Shown one piece after another: positions 47,249-56,767 of a stretch of 64,000 nt of DNA (the stretch's first letter is position 1; each line of letters begins with the position of its first letter). The notes under the pieces were generated by a model. It had not been told where the DNA came from. It ran no database searches and saw only the letters and a list, made by a program, of their open reading frames with translations. A program made the position numbers and the translations under genes. The DNA comes from Candidatus Enterousia sp. (GTDB taxonomy: Bacteria; Pseudomonadota; Alphaproteobacteria; Rs-D84), in the NCBI GenBank assembly GCA_045613785.1, contig JAZLBQ010000012.1:1-64000 (forward strand), given 5' to 3'.

Positions 47249-49327
47249 TTATTCTGCCAATGTTCCAACAGACATTGTAATGCGTCGGATACCACTGCTG
47301 ATAGACTTTTCTTTGTTTACTTTGGCTTTTAATATTTCGCCTGTGTGATAAATGTGTGTTCCGCCACACAGCTCACACGAAACGTCGCCTGCGGTAATGA
47401 CCTTGACGGTATCACCATATTTTTCGCCAAACAACGCCATTGCACCTTTTTTGACTGCTTCGTCCAAGGGCATTTCTTCGTGTTCAACAGGCATATCCAT
47501 TGCAATCCATTTGTTTACCAGGTCTTCCACAGCCTGCTTTTCTTCTGCGGTCATAGCACGACCAAATCGAAAGTCAAAACGAACCGAGTCAGGCGAAACC
47601 TTAGAACCACGCTGTTCAACATCTTCGTTCAAGACGCTGCGTAATGCGGCCTGCAACAGGTGGGTTGCCGTATGTGCACGAGCAGTCTGTTGACGTATTG
47701 CCGCATTTATAACAGGTTTTACAACGTCGCCAACGTTCAGTGTTTCTGTAATTGTTCCCTTGTGAATAACAACGTTGTCAACACGTGCAGCCTCGGCTAT
47801 GTTCATTACAACATCTCCATCACGTTTCAGTTCACCACTGTCGCCAACCTGACCGCCTTGTGTTCCATAGAATACTGTTTTGTCCAACGCAACTTCGACT
47901 TCATCGCCTGGGTTGGCTGTCTGAACAAATTCTCCATTACGCAGGATTGACAATACTTTTGATTCCATGTCTGCAGGTGCATATTTAGCGGAATCGTCTG
48001 TGGCAGGCAAATCTGTCTGCGATTCCCAGAATATCCGTGTTCCCTTGGTGTTTGCACGACTGCGTTCTTTTTGTTCAGCCATAGACTTTTCAAAACCTGC
48101 GACATCGACATCGATATTGCGATCACGCAAAATCATCTGGGTTAAATCCAGCGGAAATCCATATGTGTCAAACAGTTTGAACGCAACATCTCCTGGCAGA
48201 ACAGCGTTGTTTAACTTTGGTATTTCATTTTCCAATAACTTCATACCGTTTTGCAACATATCTGCAAAAGAATTTTCTTCGTTTTGGATAATTTCAATAA
48301 CACGATTTTGTTCACGTGCTAATTCTGGATATGCTTCACCCATTTCTGTAATCAGGGCAGGGTATAGTTTTGACAGCAACGCTCCCTTGTGTCCCAAGAT
48401 TTGACCATGTCGCATTGCACGACGCAAAATACGGCGAATAACATATCCACGATCTGTGTTTGATGGAATAACGCCGTCTGCAATTGCAAAGCCCACACTA
48501 CGCAAGTGGTCTGTAATGACCTTGAAACTTGCAACATTTTCGCTTGTTTCTGCAACGCCTGTGATATCAGATACTGCACGTTTTAAGTTTACAAACAAAT
48601 CTGTATCATAGTTGTCAGTTTTACCCTGTAATATTGACGCAAAGCGTTCCAAGCCCGCCCCAGTATCAACATTTTGCTTTGGCAGCGGTGTTAAATTGCC
48701 GTTTGCATCACGGTCATATTGCATGAACACGTCGTTCCAGATTTCGACCCAGCGACCGCCGTCTTCGTTTTCACTGCCTGGCATGCCACCTGGTAAATCC
48801 GCCCCCATATCATAGTGCATTTCTGTGCATGGACCACATGGGCCAGTATCGCCTGCTGACCACCAGTTGTCTTTGTCGCCCAACAAAATTGCGTCTTTGC
48901 CAGCAACTTTTTTCCAGATTTTTACTGCTTCATCATCATTATAATGCGTTGTGACAACAATTCTGTTTGGGTCCAAACCAAAAACCTTGGTCAGCAACTC
49001 CCAAGACATTTCGATTGCACCTTCTTTGAAATAGTCCCCAAAAGACCAATTTCCCAACATTTCAAAGAAAGTATGATGACGGCCGTCAAAACCAACGTCT
49101 TCCAGATCATTGTGTTTACCGCCTGCACGGATACATTTTTGAACGTCTGCCACACGTGGTGCAAATGCAGGTTCTGTCCCTTGTAAAATTCCTTTCCAAG
49201 GCACCATACCTGCCACTGTAAACAACAAAGTAGGGTCGTTTGGAATCAACGATGCAGAAGGAACAATTTTATGTCCCTTAGATTCAAAATATTCTAAAAA
49301 AGCCTTGCGTATATCATTATATTTCAT
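47249..49327 (-). CDS. alaS: Alanine--tRNA ligase lacking the C-Ala domain
   Basis: HHTFFEMLGNWSFGDYFK, GPCGPC, HTATHLL, ELCGGTH, GIRRI then stop; 692 aa. Confidence 0.96.
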   Translation of the reverse strand: MKYNDIRKAFLEYFESKGHKIVPSASLIPNDPTLLFTVAGMVPWKGILQGTEPAFAPRVADVQKCIRAGGKHNDLEDVGFDGRHHTFFEMLGNWSFGDYFKEGAIEMSWELLTKVFGLDPNRIVVTTHYNDDEAVKIWKKVAGKDAILLGDKDNWWSAGDTGPCGPCTEMHYDMGADLPGGMPGSENEDGGRWVEIWNDVFMQYDRDANGNLTPLPKQNVDTGAGLERFASILQGKTDNYDTDLFVNLKRAVSDITGVAETSENVASFKVITDHLRSVGFAIADGVIPSNTDRGYVIRRILRRAMRHGQILGHKGALLSKLYPALITEMGEAYPELAREQNRVIEIIQNEENSFADMLQNGMKLLENEIPKLNNAVLPGDVAFKLFDTYGFPLDLTQMILRDRNIDVDVAGFEKSMAEQKERSRANTKGTRIFWESQTDLPATDDSAKYAPADMESKVLSILRNGEFVQTANPGDEVEVALDKTVFYGTQGGQVGDSGELKRDGDVVMNIAEAARVDNVVIHKGTITETLNVGDVVKPVINAAIRQQTARAHTATHLLQAALRSVLNEDVEQRGSKVSPDSVRFDFRFGRAMTAEEKQAVEDLVNKWIAMDMPVEHEEMPLDEAVKKGAMALFGEKYGDTVKVITAGDVSCELCGGTHIYHTGEILKAKVNKEKSISSGIRRITMSVGTLAE

Positions 49328-49422
49328 ATCTGTTTCCCTTTAATTCTGGGGTATTGTATAAATATTCCCCCATTGTTTCAATCATATATTTAAGTTTTTT
49401 ATGAAAAATATCAAAAGTTGTA

Positions 49423-50238
49423 TTATTGCCCCGCTGGGGCGGCACCAGTATTGATGCCTAGTGCGGCATAAATTATCTGGTTGCATTTAGATATCAAGCG
49501 TTTTTCTAATTCTGCTTGAGCTTTGTTAGGTTTTGAGTCTTTTGGGTTTTGTCCCAATTTCATAGTGATACAACTAACAGAATCCATATAAATTGGCATT
49601 GTTTCTGACTTCTTGCTATGTGCGATAATATTTAAGGCCGACCACATCAGTGTATCCACAGGCACACCTGCACCTGGTTGTTCGTCTATGCACAAGAAAT
49701 CTGCGATATTGTCATTTAGGATACGGCCCATATCTAATGCCAATGGCAACCGCACTGCTGTTCCCTTCATTCCAATGCTAGGGCGTAGCATACAGACATT
49801 TTCATTGTCTATGACATAGTCTGTTGGGCTTTTCATTATCCGCAGAACATTATTCAGCTGCTTTTTTATAACAACAATATTTTGTATTACTGCGAAAATA
49901 TCATCTGAAACACTTGGGATTTTGATATCCAGCAACACGTCGTCATCATTTGTAAAGACAAACCATTTCGATTTTAACTTTTTTTTGGCAACGAAATCCA
50001 AAATTGCCAGCCTGGAACGCAGTTTTCCGATATTACTGTTACTGTTTATTATGTGCAGTCTGCCACGATACCCAAGTTTTCTAATTTGTCGCTTAGAAAT
50101 TTTAGTTTCAGGATTGTCGTTATGAATTATCAGTATAATTTTGCGTTTTATTCTTGCCAACGCCGGGATTGACAGCTCCAAATATTCGTTATATCTGGTT
50201 GTTAGACCTATGATAATGTTGGCACTTTTTCTAAACAT
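49423..50238 (-). CDS. Hypothetical protein, possibly GT-A fold
   Basis: IIHND, N.G...SR, WFVFTNDDD resemble degenerate GT2 motifs. Confidence 0.6.
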   Translation of the reverse strand: MFRKSANIIIGLTTRYNEYLELSIPALARIKRKIILIIHNDNPETKISKRQIRKLGYRGRLHIINSNSNIGKLRSRLAILDFVAKKKLKSKWFVFTNDDDVLLDIKIPSVSDDIFAVIQNIVVIKKQLNNVLRIMKSPTDYVIDNENVCMLRPSIGMKGTAVRLPLALDMGRILNDNIADFLCIDEQPGAGVPVDTLMWSALNIIAHSKKSETMPIYMDSVSCITMKLGQNPKDSKPNKAQAELEKRLISKCNQIIYAALGINTGAAPAGQ

Positions 50239-50323
50239 ATAAAAATCATAGCATAACAATTTGAAAAATTGCAAATACATACTTGTTTATGATATAATAC
50301 AAACTGTTCAAAAGGGGAATTTG

Positions 50324-50800
50324 ATGAAGCCAACAATGTTATTTGCAGTGGTTTTATTGACGATTATTGTTTTAATGTCATCGTTTGGGATACAGCTGTC
50401 GCCATCTGAACCATTGGCACTGTCTGCATCTGCGGCACCAAATACATTGTTTGTATGTCCAGCGGCCAGCAACACTTGGGATACGTTGGCAAAAGGGCTG
50501 GGGCAGTTTACCCGACCATTGATGATAGGTTTCTTTTTTGCGTTGATATTGTTGTGCTTTTCGTGGGCGTGGGCAATGTATCAAAATTTATTAAAAGACA
50601 AATTTGTTCGTGATGCGTTTAAAACGCCGTGGGCAGCGACCAAGTTGTTATTCTGGGCGGTTATATTAGTTTCTATGTTGGTATTGACTCCAAATCATTT
50701 TCGTAGTGTTCAGGTCAGTGGTCGTGCAGGACAGTGGGTATTATGCGAAAATAACACGCCTGGTGCTCTTGCAGTTCCTGCTGACAGCGTTCATCGCTAA
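50324..50800 (+). CDS. Hypothetical membrane protein
   Basis: RBS AAGGGG; signal/TM segment plus two further TM helices. Confidence 0.75.
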   Translation: MKPTMLFAVVLLTIIVLMSSFGIQLSPSEPLALSASAAPNTLFVCPAASNTWDTLAKGLGQFTRPLMIGFFFALILLCFSWAWAMYQNLLKDKFVRDAFKTPWAATKLLFWAVILVSMLVLTPNHFRSVQVSGRAGQWVLCENNTPGALAVPADSVHR

Positions 50801-50955
50801 GATACAATTTGTCAACAATGCAAAAATCAGGGGTTTTTTAATTATTGTCTTGACATAAACGGCGGATTTCTTTACGATTCGGACAAGCAGTAACAGAAAT
50901 GTCCTTTGAAACTGCGGGACACTATAAATAAAAAATTCTATGAAAGGAGAAACAA

Positions 50956-51228
50956 ATGAACAAACAACAACTGATTGAAGCAATCGCAAACGAAGTTGAC
51001 GTAACCAAGGCAACAGCTGCTGCTTGCTTGGATGCATTCATCAACACAGTTACAAAAGTTTTGAAAAAGAAAGGCGAAGTTCGTTTGGTTGGTTTTGGCA
51101 CATTTGCAACTGCAAAACGCAAAGCTACAACAGGCCGTAATCCTCAGACAGGCGATGCAATCAAAATCCCTGCTTCTACACAGCCTAAGTTCAAGCCAGG
51201 TAAAGCATTGAAAGAAGCTTTGAACTAA
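50956..51228 (+). CDS. hup: DNA-binding protein HU
   Basis: MNKQQLI, GFGTF, GRNPQTG, PKFKPGKALK. Confidence 0.97.
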   Translation: MNKQQLIEAIANEVDVTKATAAACLDAFINTVTKVLKKKGEVRLVGFGTFATAKRKATTGRNPQTGDAIKIPASTQPKFKPGKALKEALN

Positions 51229-51314
51229 AAACTGCAAAGTTAAAAAAAGCGTCCCGATTGGGGCGTGTTTTTTTATTGTCTTGATTTTAGTTAAAAATGC
51301 ACTATTATATAAAG

Positions 51315-51530
51315 TGTAGATAACAAGAATGTAGGTCTGTTTGCAGTTTTTTTCTGCACACAAGTGGAATTTATCCCTGTGTCTTTATTTTTAATAATAA
51401 AATACCATAGGGGTGCATAATGTCGCACGGCCCAGGATTCACTACGGATAAAGACGTAACAGAACCAAGGTCTTTATTGGCAATGAATTTTACGGCCGTG
51501 CAAATGTAAAACACTAAAAAAGGAAAATAA
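51315..51530 (+). promoter_or_regulatory. Long structured 5' leader of the RNase J gene
   Basis: GCACGGCC (51425..51432) pairs with GGCCGTGC (51494..51501), enclosing ATAAAGAC/GTCTTTAT. Confidence 0.5.
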
Positions 51531-53327
51531 ATGGTAAAAGTCCGTGAAAAAAAGACTACACCCACCAAGGGTGAAAAACCAAAAACACCACGTGCAATAC
51601 GTGGAATGAACAAGCACGAAACAGATGCGAACGATGACAAGATTTATTTTATGGCTTTGGGTGGTTTGGAACACATTGGCCAGAATATGTATGTCTATAA
51701 ATATCGTGGCAAATACCTAGTTGTTGATTGCGGTATGGGATTTCTGGACGAAGAAATCGGGGCAGGGGATGTTCAATACTGTGATACAACCTGGTTGGAA
51801 AAACGCAAGAAAGACGTTGTTGGCTTTGTGATTACGCACGGCCACGAAGACCATATTGGTGCATTAAAATATATTTGGCCAAAATTCAGAAAGCCGATTT
51901 ATTGCACACGCTTTCCAGCGGAAATCTTGCGTCAGACATTCAAGGGGATTGAACTGGATTTCAATCCGAACACAGATATCGTTGAATTTGATCACCAGGG
52001 TGCGATATTAAATTTAGATCCATTTACCGTTGAAACATTTCACGTTACTCACTCAGTGCCAGAAGCACAGATGTTGATTATTCAAACCCCATCGGGCAAG
52101 ATTTTACATACTGGCGACTGGACATTTAACGATGACAATCCAATTGAAGCCTCAACTAATTTTGATCGTTTGGCATCAATCGGTTCTGACCCAAAATTGC
52201 TGGCGTGTATGTGTGATTCGACAAATTCATCACGCCAAACGAAACAGACCACTGAAACTCAGGTTCGTGATGCACTGACAGAAATTATGAAAAACGCTCC
52301 TGGACGTGTTTTGGTAACAGGCTATTCACGCAGTTTGGCACGTATGAAAATGTTTGCCCAGGCTGCTCGTGCTGCCGGCCGTGTTGCTGCGATAAAAGAA
52401 CGTAGCAATCCAAATCCTGTGCCATATGTTGGTCTGCCAGAATTCCGTGAAATGGGCATAAAGTTTGGTTACATCAACAAAGACGATGTTTATCTGCACA
52501 GTGAAATCAAAGATTTGCCAGCAGAAAAACAGGCGATATTCTTGACTGGTTCTCAGGGGGAAAAGTTTGCTATGTTGACACGTTTGTGCCACGGCCAGGT
52601 CAAAGAATTAAAATTACAGCCAACTGACACAGTTGTATTTAGTGCTATTATTATTCCTGGTCGTGAACAAGACGTTTCTGCCTTGTATAATAAATTGGCA
52701 CGTATGGGTGTAAAAACACATACTATCTTTGATACAGATAATTTGCACGCCAGTGGCCATGCGGGCCGTCCAGAACTGGAACGTTTTTATGACATGGTTC
52801 ATCCTCAGGTTTCTGTTCCAATGCACGGTGATTACATCAACGAAATGTTAAATGGAAAGATGGCAATGGAACGTGGTGGTGCAAAACACATGATGGTTGT
52901 TCACAATGGTGAAATGATTGCGTTGTCAGATGGTGCCGAACCATATGTTGCTGAAACAATCCCAACCAGTTATGTTGTAATGGAAGGTGAAACGGAACGC
53001 AGTGCGAACGACCAGGTTTATAAAAACCGCAAGAAAATTGCGTCAAACGGTGCTGTGTTTGTAACATTGCCTGTGGACAAGCGTGGATTCTTAAAGGGCA
53101 CGCCCGAAGTTTCCAGTGCAGGTATTTTTGAAACTGACGAAACTGGCTTTATGAAGCGTCAGATTCAGATTGAAATTACACGTGCGATTGATGGTTTGAC
53201 CAAAACAGAACGCAAGGAAAAGAACAACCTGATACGTGCTGTTCAAGTTGCCTCGAACAAGGTTGTTCGTGCGGCACTTGGTGCGGACAAGAAACCACAA
53301 TACAGTGTTCATTTTGTTCAGAAATAA
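51531..53327 (+). CDS. rnj: Ribonuclease J
   Basis: LGGL..IG.N, THGHEDHIG, HTGDW, DSTN, TGSQGE, HASGHA, PMHG. Confidence 0.95.
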   Translation: MVKVREKKTTPTKGEKPKTPRAIRGMNKHETDANDDKIYFMALGGLEHIGQNMYVYKYRGKYLVVDCGMGFLDEEIGAGDVQYCDTTWLEKRKKDVVGFVITHGHEDHIGALKYIWPKFRKPIYCTRFPAEILRQTFKGIELDFNPNTDIVEFDHQGAILNLDPFTVETFHVTHSVPEAQMLIIQTPSGKILHTGDWTFNDDNPIEASTNFDRLASIGSDPKLLACMCDSTNSSRQTKQTTETQVRDALTEIMKNAPGRVLVTGYSRSLARMKMFAQAARAAGRVAAIKERSNPNPVPYVGLPEFREMGIKFGYINKDDVYLHSEIKDLPAEKQAIFLTGSQGEKFAMLTRLCHGQVKELKLQPTDTVVFSAIIIPGREQDVSALYNKLARMGVKTHTIFDTDNLHASGHAGRPELERFYDMVHPQVSVPMHGDYINEMLNGKMAMERGGAKHMMVVHNGEMIALSDGAEPYVAETIPTSYVVMEGETERSANDQVYKNRKKIASNGAVFVTLPVDKRGFLKGTPEVSSAGIFETDETGFMKRQIQIEITRAIDGLTKTERKEKNNLIRAVQVASNKVVRAALGADKKPQYSVHFVQK

Positions 53328-53416
53328 AAAAATCCCCCGTTTGGGGGAATTTTTACTTTACATATTTTTTTGAATTGAATACAATCGTAACGTCATACAA
53401 ATAAAGGAAAGGACAA

Positions 53417-53956
53417 ATGGCAGAAAAAACAACAAAAAAACCAGTTGCAAAAAAAGCGACTACTAAAAAGACAGTTTCTAAACCAGCTGTGGCAAAGAAG
53501 CCAACTGCTAAGAAAACAGCAACAAAAAAAGTCCAAGAAATCAAGGCTGTTGCATCAGCACCAGTTGTTGAAAAGCACGCTTGTGGTTGCGGTCATGATT
53601 GTGCATGCGGTGGTGAATGTGCATGTGCAAAAAAGAAATGCACATTTGGTCGTTTTTTGAAAAAAGTTGTTTTATTCTTGATTATCTTTGCGATGGGTTT
53701 TGCGACTGCAAAAATGTGCTGTTGCAAAAAGTTCGGCAAGATGGGGCCACGTCCAGAATTTGATAATGGGTGTTTGGTTGTAAAATGTCCAAAAATGGCA
53801 GAAAAGATTGCGATGATGGATGCGAACCAAGATGGTTGTGTTTCTCCTGAAGAGTTCAAGGCTGCACGCAAAATGATGAAACGCAGACCAGAAATGCCAG
53901 CAGAACAGCCGGTTGAACAACCTGCAGCTGTTCCTGCACCAGAAATGGCAGAATAA
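53417..53956 (+). CDS. Hypothetical protein: Lys-rich repeat, Cys cluster, TM helix, EF-hand
   Basis: KKPVAKKATTKK repeats; HACGCGHDCACGGECAC; TM; DANQDGCVSPEE loop. Confidence 0.8.
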   Translation: MAEKTTKKPVAKKATTKKTVSKPAVAKKPTAKKTATKKVQEIKAVASAPVVEKHACGCGHDCACGGECACAKKKCTFGRFLKKVVLFLIIFAMGFATAKMCCCKKFGKMGPRPEFDNGCLVVKCPKMAEKIAMMDANQDGCVSPEEFKAARKMMKRRPEMPAEQPVEQPAAVPAPEMAE

Positions 53957-54047
53957 AAATCGAATAACGATATAATGAAACCGCCATTTTGGCGGTTTTT
54001 TATATAAAAAAGCAGGACGGCAAAATAAAATCCCCAAATGGGGATTT

Positions 54048-54335
54048 TTATTTATTTGCTACACGTTCACGAAATTCATTGCTGGGTCGAAAGGTTGCAA
54101 CACGTCGTGCAGAAATAACGGCACTTTCGCCAGTTTTTGGGTTGCGTCCCATACGAGCGTTTTTTTCCAAGATTTTGAAACTGCCAAAACCTGCGAATTT
54201 AACTTCTTCGCCATTTATCAATGATTCACGAATTTCATCAAACACAACGTCAACCATTTTCAATGCATCTGCGGTTGTTAGACCAAAGCGTTCACGTAAT
54301 CTATCTGCAAAATCACTTCTTGTTATTGTTGCCAT
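54048..54335 (-). CDS. ihfA: Integration host factor subunit alpha
   Basis: TITRSDFA, GFGSF, GRNPKTGE, ISARRVATFRPS. Confidence 0.88.
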   Translation of the reverse strand: MATITRSDFADRLRERFGLTTADALKMVDVVFDEIRESLINGEEVKFAGFGSFKILEKNARMGRNPKTGESAVISARRVATFRPSNEFRERVANK

Positions 54336-54428
54336 TTTTCTTTACCCCTATATCTTGAAAACATATTATACAATCACAGAATATAACTTGCAATATTATT
54401 TTCGCATGAATAAAATAGGTATTGGTTT

Positions 54429-54504
54429 GTCCCCATAGTTCAATTGGATAGAACAAGTTCCTCCTAAGAATTAGATGCAGGTTCGATTCCTGCTGGGGAC
54501 GCCA
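54429..54504 (+). tRNA. tRNA-Arg (CCT)
   Basis: GTCCCCA/TGGGGAC acceptor, loop CTCCTAA, GCAGG-TTCGATT-CCTGC T-arm, CCA. Confidence 0.95.
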
Positions 54505-54776
54505 GTTCACGCAGGAAGCGAACCGTTCCAGCAACGTCAGTTGCGTCAGGTTCGGGACAAGCGAAGCGTAGTGAAAGGGGCCCGAAACGAAGTTTTGGGA
54601 ATTTACAATCCTGCTGGGGACGCCAGTTCACGCAGGAAGCGAACCGTCCCAGCAACGTCAGTTGCGTCAGGTTCGGGACAAGCGAAGCGTAGTGAAGGGG
54701 GCCCGAAACGAAGTTTTGGGAATTTACAATCCTGCTGGGGACGCCAGTTCACGCAGGAAGCGAACCGTTCCAGCAA
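54488..54776 (+). repeat. tRNA-linked tandem repeat, 121-bp period, ~2.4 copies
   Basis: Units start at 54488, 54609 and 54730, each beginning with the tRNA 3' 17-mer TCCTGCTGGGGACGCCA. Confidence 0.95.
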
Positions 54777-54793
54777 TGCCAGTTTCTTTTATT

Positions 54794-55669
54794 TTATCTA
54801 TGATTTTGTCGCATGAATAATGCAACGTCCTTGCGATCGTATCCGTATGCAGAATTCAAACCACGTGCCGCAAACGTATGCGGTTCGTTTTTTATCTGGG
54901 TGCGTTGAAAGAAATCCAAGAAATTAGACCACGCTGGTGCATTTCCTTCCCACAGATAATGAAAACCAATGCAACCATTATCTTTGTTCAAATTATTTTG
55001 TGCTAAAACTTTTAATATTTCGGAATAAAGGCGATAAAAACGCTGATCTTGCAATCTGTGTTCTGTAAACATATAGTCAAATATGTTCGACAGCATAATT
55101 ACATCGTATTTCTGGCTAAACCTTTTGCTTATATTCGATATATCGCAATGTTTAAAGTTTATCGTATCTGGCAGCAAATCACGTAATTTATAATAATTGT
55201 CTTTTTGTAGATATGTCAGGTTTGTGAACGTTGAATATTCCGGGTGGCATGCAGCCCGATATCGAAACATTTCACGGCCTTTGGTTTCGTATTTCGAAAA
55301 GAAGTATTGCAGATTTACTGAAAATTTATCATAAATTGGTTTGATAATTTTATGGTCAAAAAAATCTTTGCTGCTGAAAAAGAAACGCAAGAAGTCATCT
55401 CGTTCAACGTATTTTATCATGTGATTTTTCAGTTCGACAACACACCGTTGAAAAGAATTTATATCAAAAGTATCAACATTTTTTGCACCTGCTAAATAGG
55501 CCTCAAACATATGGTCGCCTGATGCAGCGACTGTCAAAACATTAGCGTTTTTCATATTGCCCAGGCTGCGAACATATTCTGCAACATTTTCATTAGAAAA
55601 CAAGAAAACTGGTGCTTTGTCTTGGAACGCATAGTTTGCAGGGATAAAAATATCGTCGTCTTTATTCAT
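54794..55669 (-). CDS. SAM-dependent transferase-like protein (DUF3419/BtaA-like), ends QNHR
   Basis: FSNEN, VLTVAASGDH, DTFDIN, YDVIMLSNI. Confidence 0.75.
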   Translation of the reverse strand: MNKDDDIFIPANYAFQDKAPVFLFSNENVAEYVRSLGNMKNANVLTVAASGDHMFEAYLAGAKNVDTFDINSFQRCVVELKNHMIKYVERDDFLRFFFSSKDFFDHKIIKPIYDKFSVNLQYFFSKYETKGREMFRYRAACHPEYSTFTNLTYLQKDNYYKLRDLLPDTINFKHCDISNISKRFSQKYDVIMLSNIFDYMFTEHRLQDQRFYRLYSEILKVLAQNNLNKDNGCIGFHYLWEGNAPAWSNFLDFFQRTQIKNEPHTFAARGLNSAYGYDRKDVALFMRQNHR

Positions 55670-55765
55670 CGTCGAATATATAGCACAGACAGGAAAATTG
55701 TCAATCTTTTATTGTTTGAAAAAAACTGTATTTAATATATAATACCTGCCAAAAAAGGATTTTTA

Positions 55766-56092
55766 ATGAAAGATAAAGCCGTAAAAATTGGATTGCTTGC
55801 AACGATATTGCCACATATATTTTGCTGTGGTATTCCTATGTTTTTGGCTGTAATTGGGCTGATTGCACCGGATGCGGCACACTTTCATCTGTTGCCACAT
55901 TGGCTAGAGCCTTGGTTGTTTTTGTTTTCTGGGGCTATGTTGGCTTTGTCTTGGTGGTTGATTCGTCGTGATTGTCATTGTTCGTGCCAGAAATGTGGTG
56001 CATCATCACATCGGACGCAAAAGATAATATTGGCTATAATAACCGTTGTTTTTATCATTAGTTTATTGTTGCACTTTGTTTCTCATCATTAA
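55766..56092 (+). CDS. Small 3-TM protein with Cys/His motifs (MerC-like metal transport candidate)
   Basis: HIFCCGIP in TM1; CHCSCQKC; C-terminal HH. Confidence 0.65.
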   Translation: MKDKAVKIGLLATILPHIFCCGIPMFLAVIGLIAPDAAHFHLLPHWLEPWLFLFSGAMLALSWWLIRRDCHCSCQKCGASSHRTQKIILAIITVVFIISLLLHFVSHH

Positions 56093-56104
56093 AAGGGTTT
56101 TTAG

Positions 56105-56767
56105 TTGAAATATTTTGATGCTCATTGTCATATTTTCAATTCTGATAATTTATTGTCTGATATGGGTGTGATTACAAATGCGACCCAGATTGCAGAATGG
56201 GGAAATGTCTTGGATTTGGTGTCGGGGCGTCAAAATGTTTATGGTGCAATAGGTATTCATCCGTGGTTTGTTGCGGACTTGCCAGACGGCTGGGATTTAC
56301 AGTTGCAAGAACGTTTGATTCAGCATCCTGAAATAATGGTCGGAGAAATCGGTCTTGATGACCACAAGCCAGATTTTGAAACTCAAATCATAGTTTTAAC
56401 TCGTCAACTTAAAATCGCAGTTGAATTAAATCGAGGTGTTCATATTCATTGTGTTGGTGCTATGAATGAATTGTTGAAAATATTAGACAGTTTCGGGAAC
56501 GAGTTGCTGCCTTTTATTTTGTTTCATCGCTATTCTGGCAGCCCGACAGATGTTCCAAAATTGGTTAAAAAATATAATGCGTATTTTTCATATTGTCATC
56601 CTAATGACAAACGGGTCAAAGCAACTCCAATTGACCGAATTTTGTCAGAGTCTGATTCAGACAACCCAAAACGCTTGATTTCCATCGCAGATGATTTAGC
56701 ATTGATTTTGAATTCTGAAACGGAAACATTTGTAAATAATGCAAAACGGATGCTTAAAAATGGATAG
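56105..56767 (+). CDS. TatD family hydrolase
   Basis: DAHCH, GIHPW, GEIGLD, IHC, ESD; TTG start. Confidence 0.92.
   Translation: MKYFDAHCHIFNSDNLLSDMGVITNATQIAEWGNVLDLVSGRQNVYGAIGIHPWFVADLPDGWDLQLQERLIQHPEIMVGEIGLDDHKPDFETQIIVLTRQLKIAVELNRGVHIHCVGAMNELLKILDSFGNELLPFILFHRYSGSPTDVPKLVKKYNAYFSYCHPNDKRVKATPIDRILSESDSDNPKRLISIADDLALILNSETETFVNNAKRMLKNG

Noticed and set aside
50324-50800. Possible VirB2/TrbC-like pilin
   Set aside because: Only the topology (signal plus two TM helices) is similar; no virB neighbours or recognisable motif.
54488-54776. Possible CRISPR array
   Set aside because: Whole 121-bp units repeat with no unique spacers, the repeat derives from the tRNA, and no cas genes are present.
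54313-54816. ORFs across the tRNA-Arg repeat (54313..54534, 54464..54655, 54475..54816)
   Set aside because: They overlap the tRNA and merely translate the repeat; no RBS or protein features.
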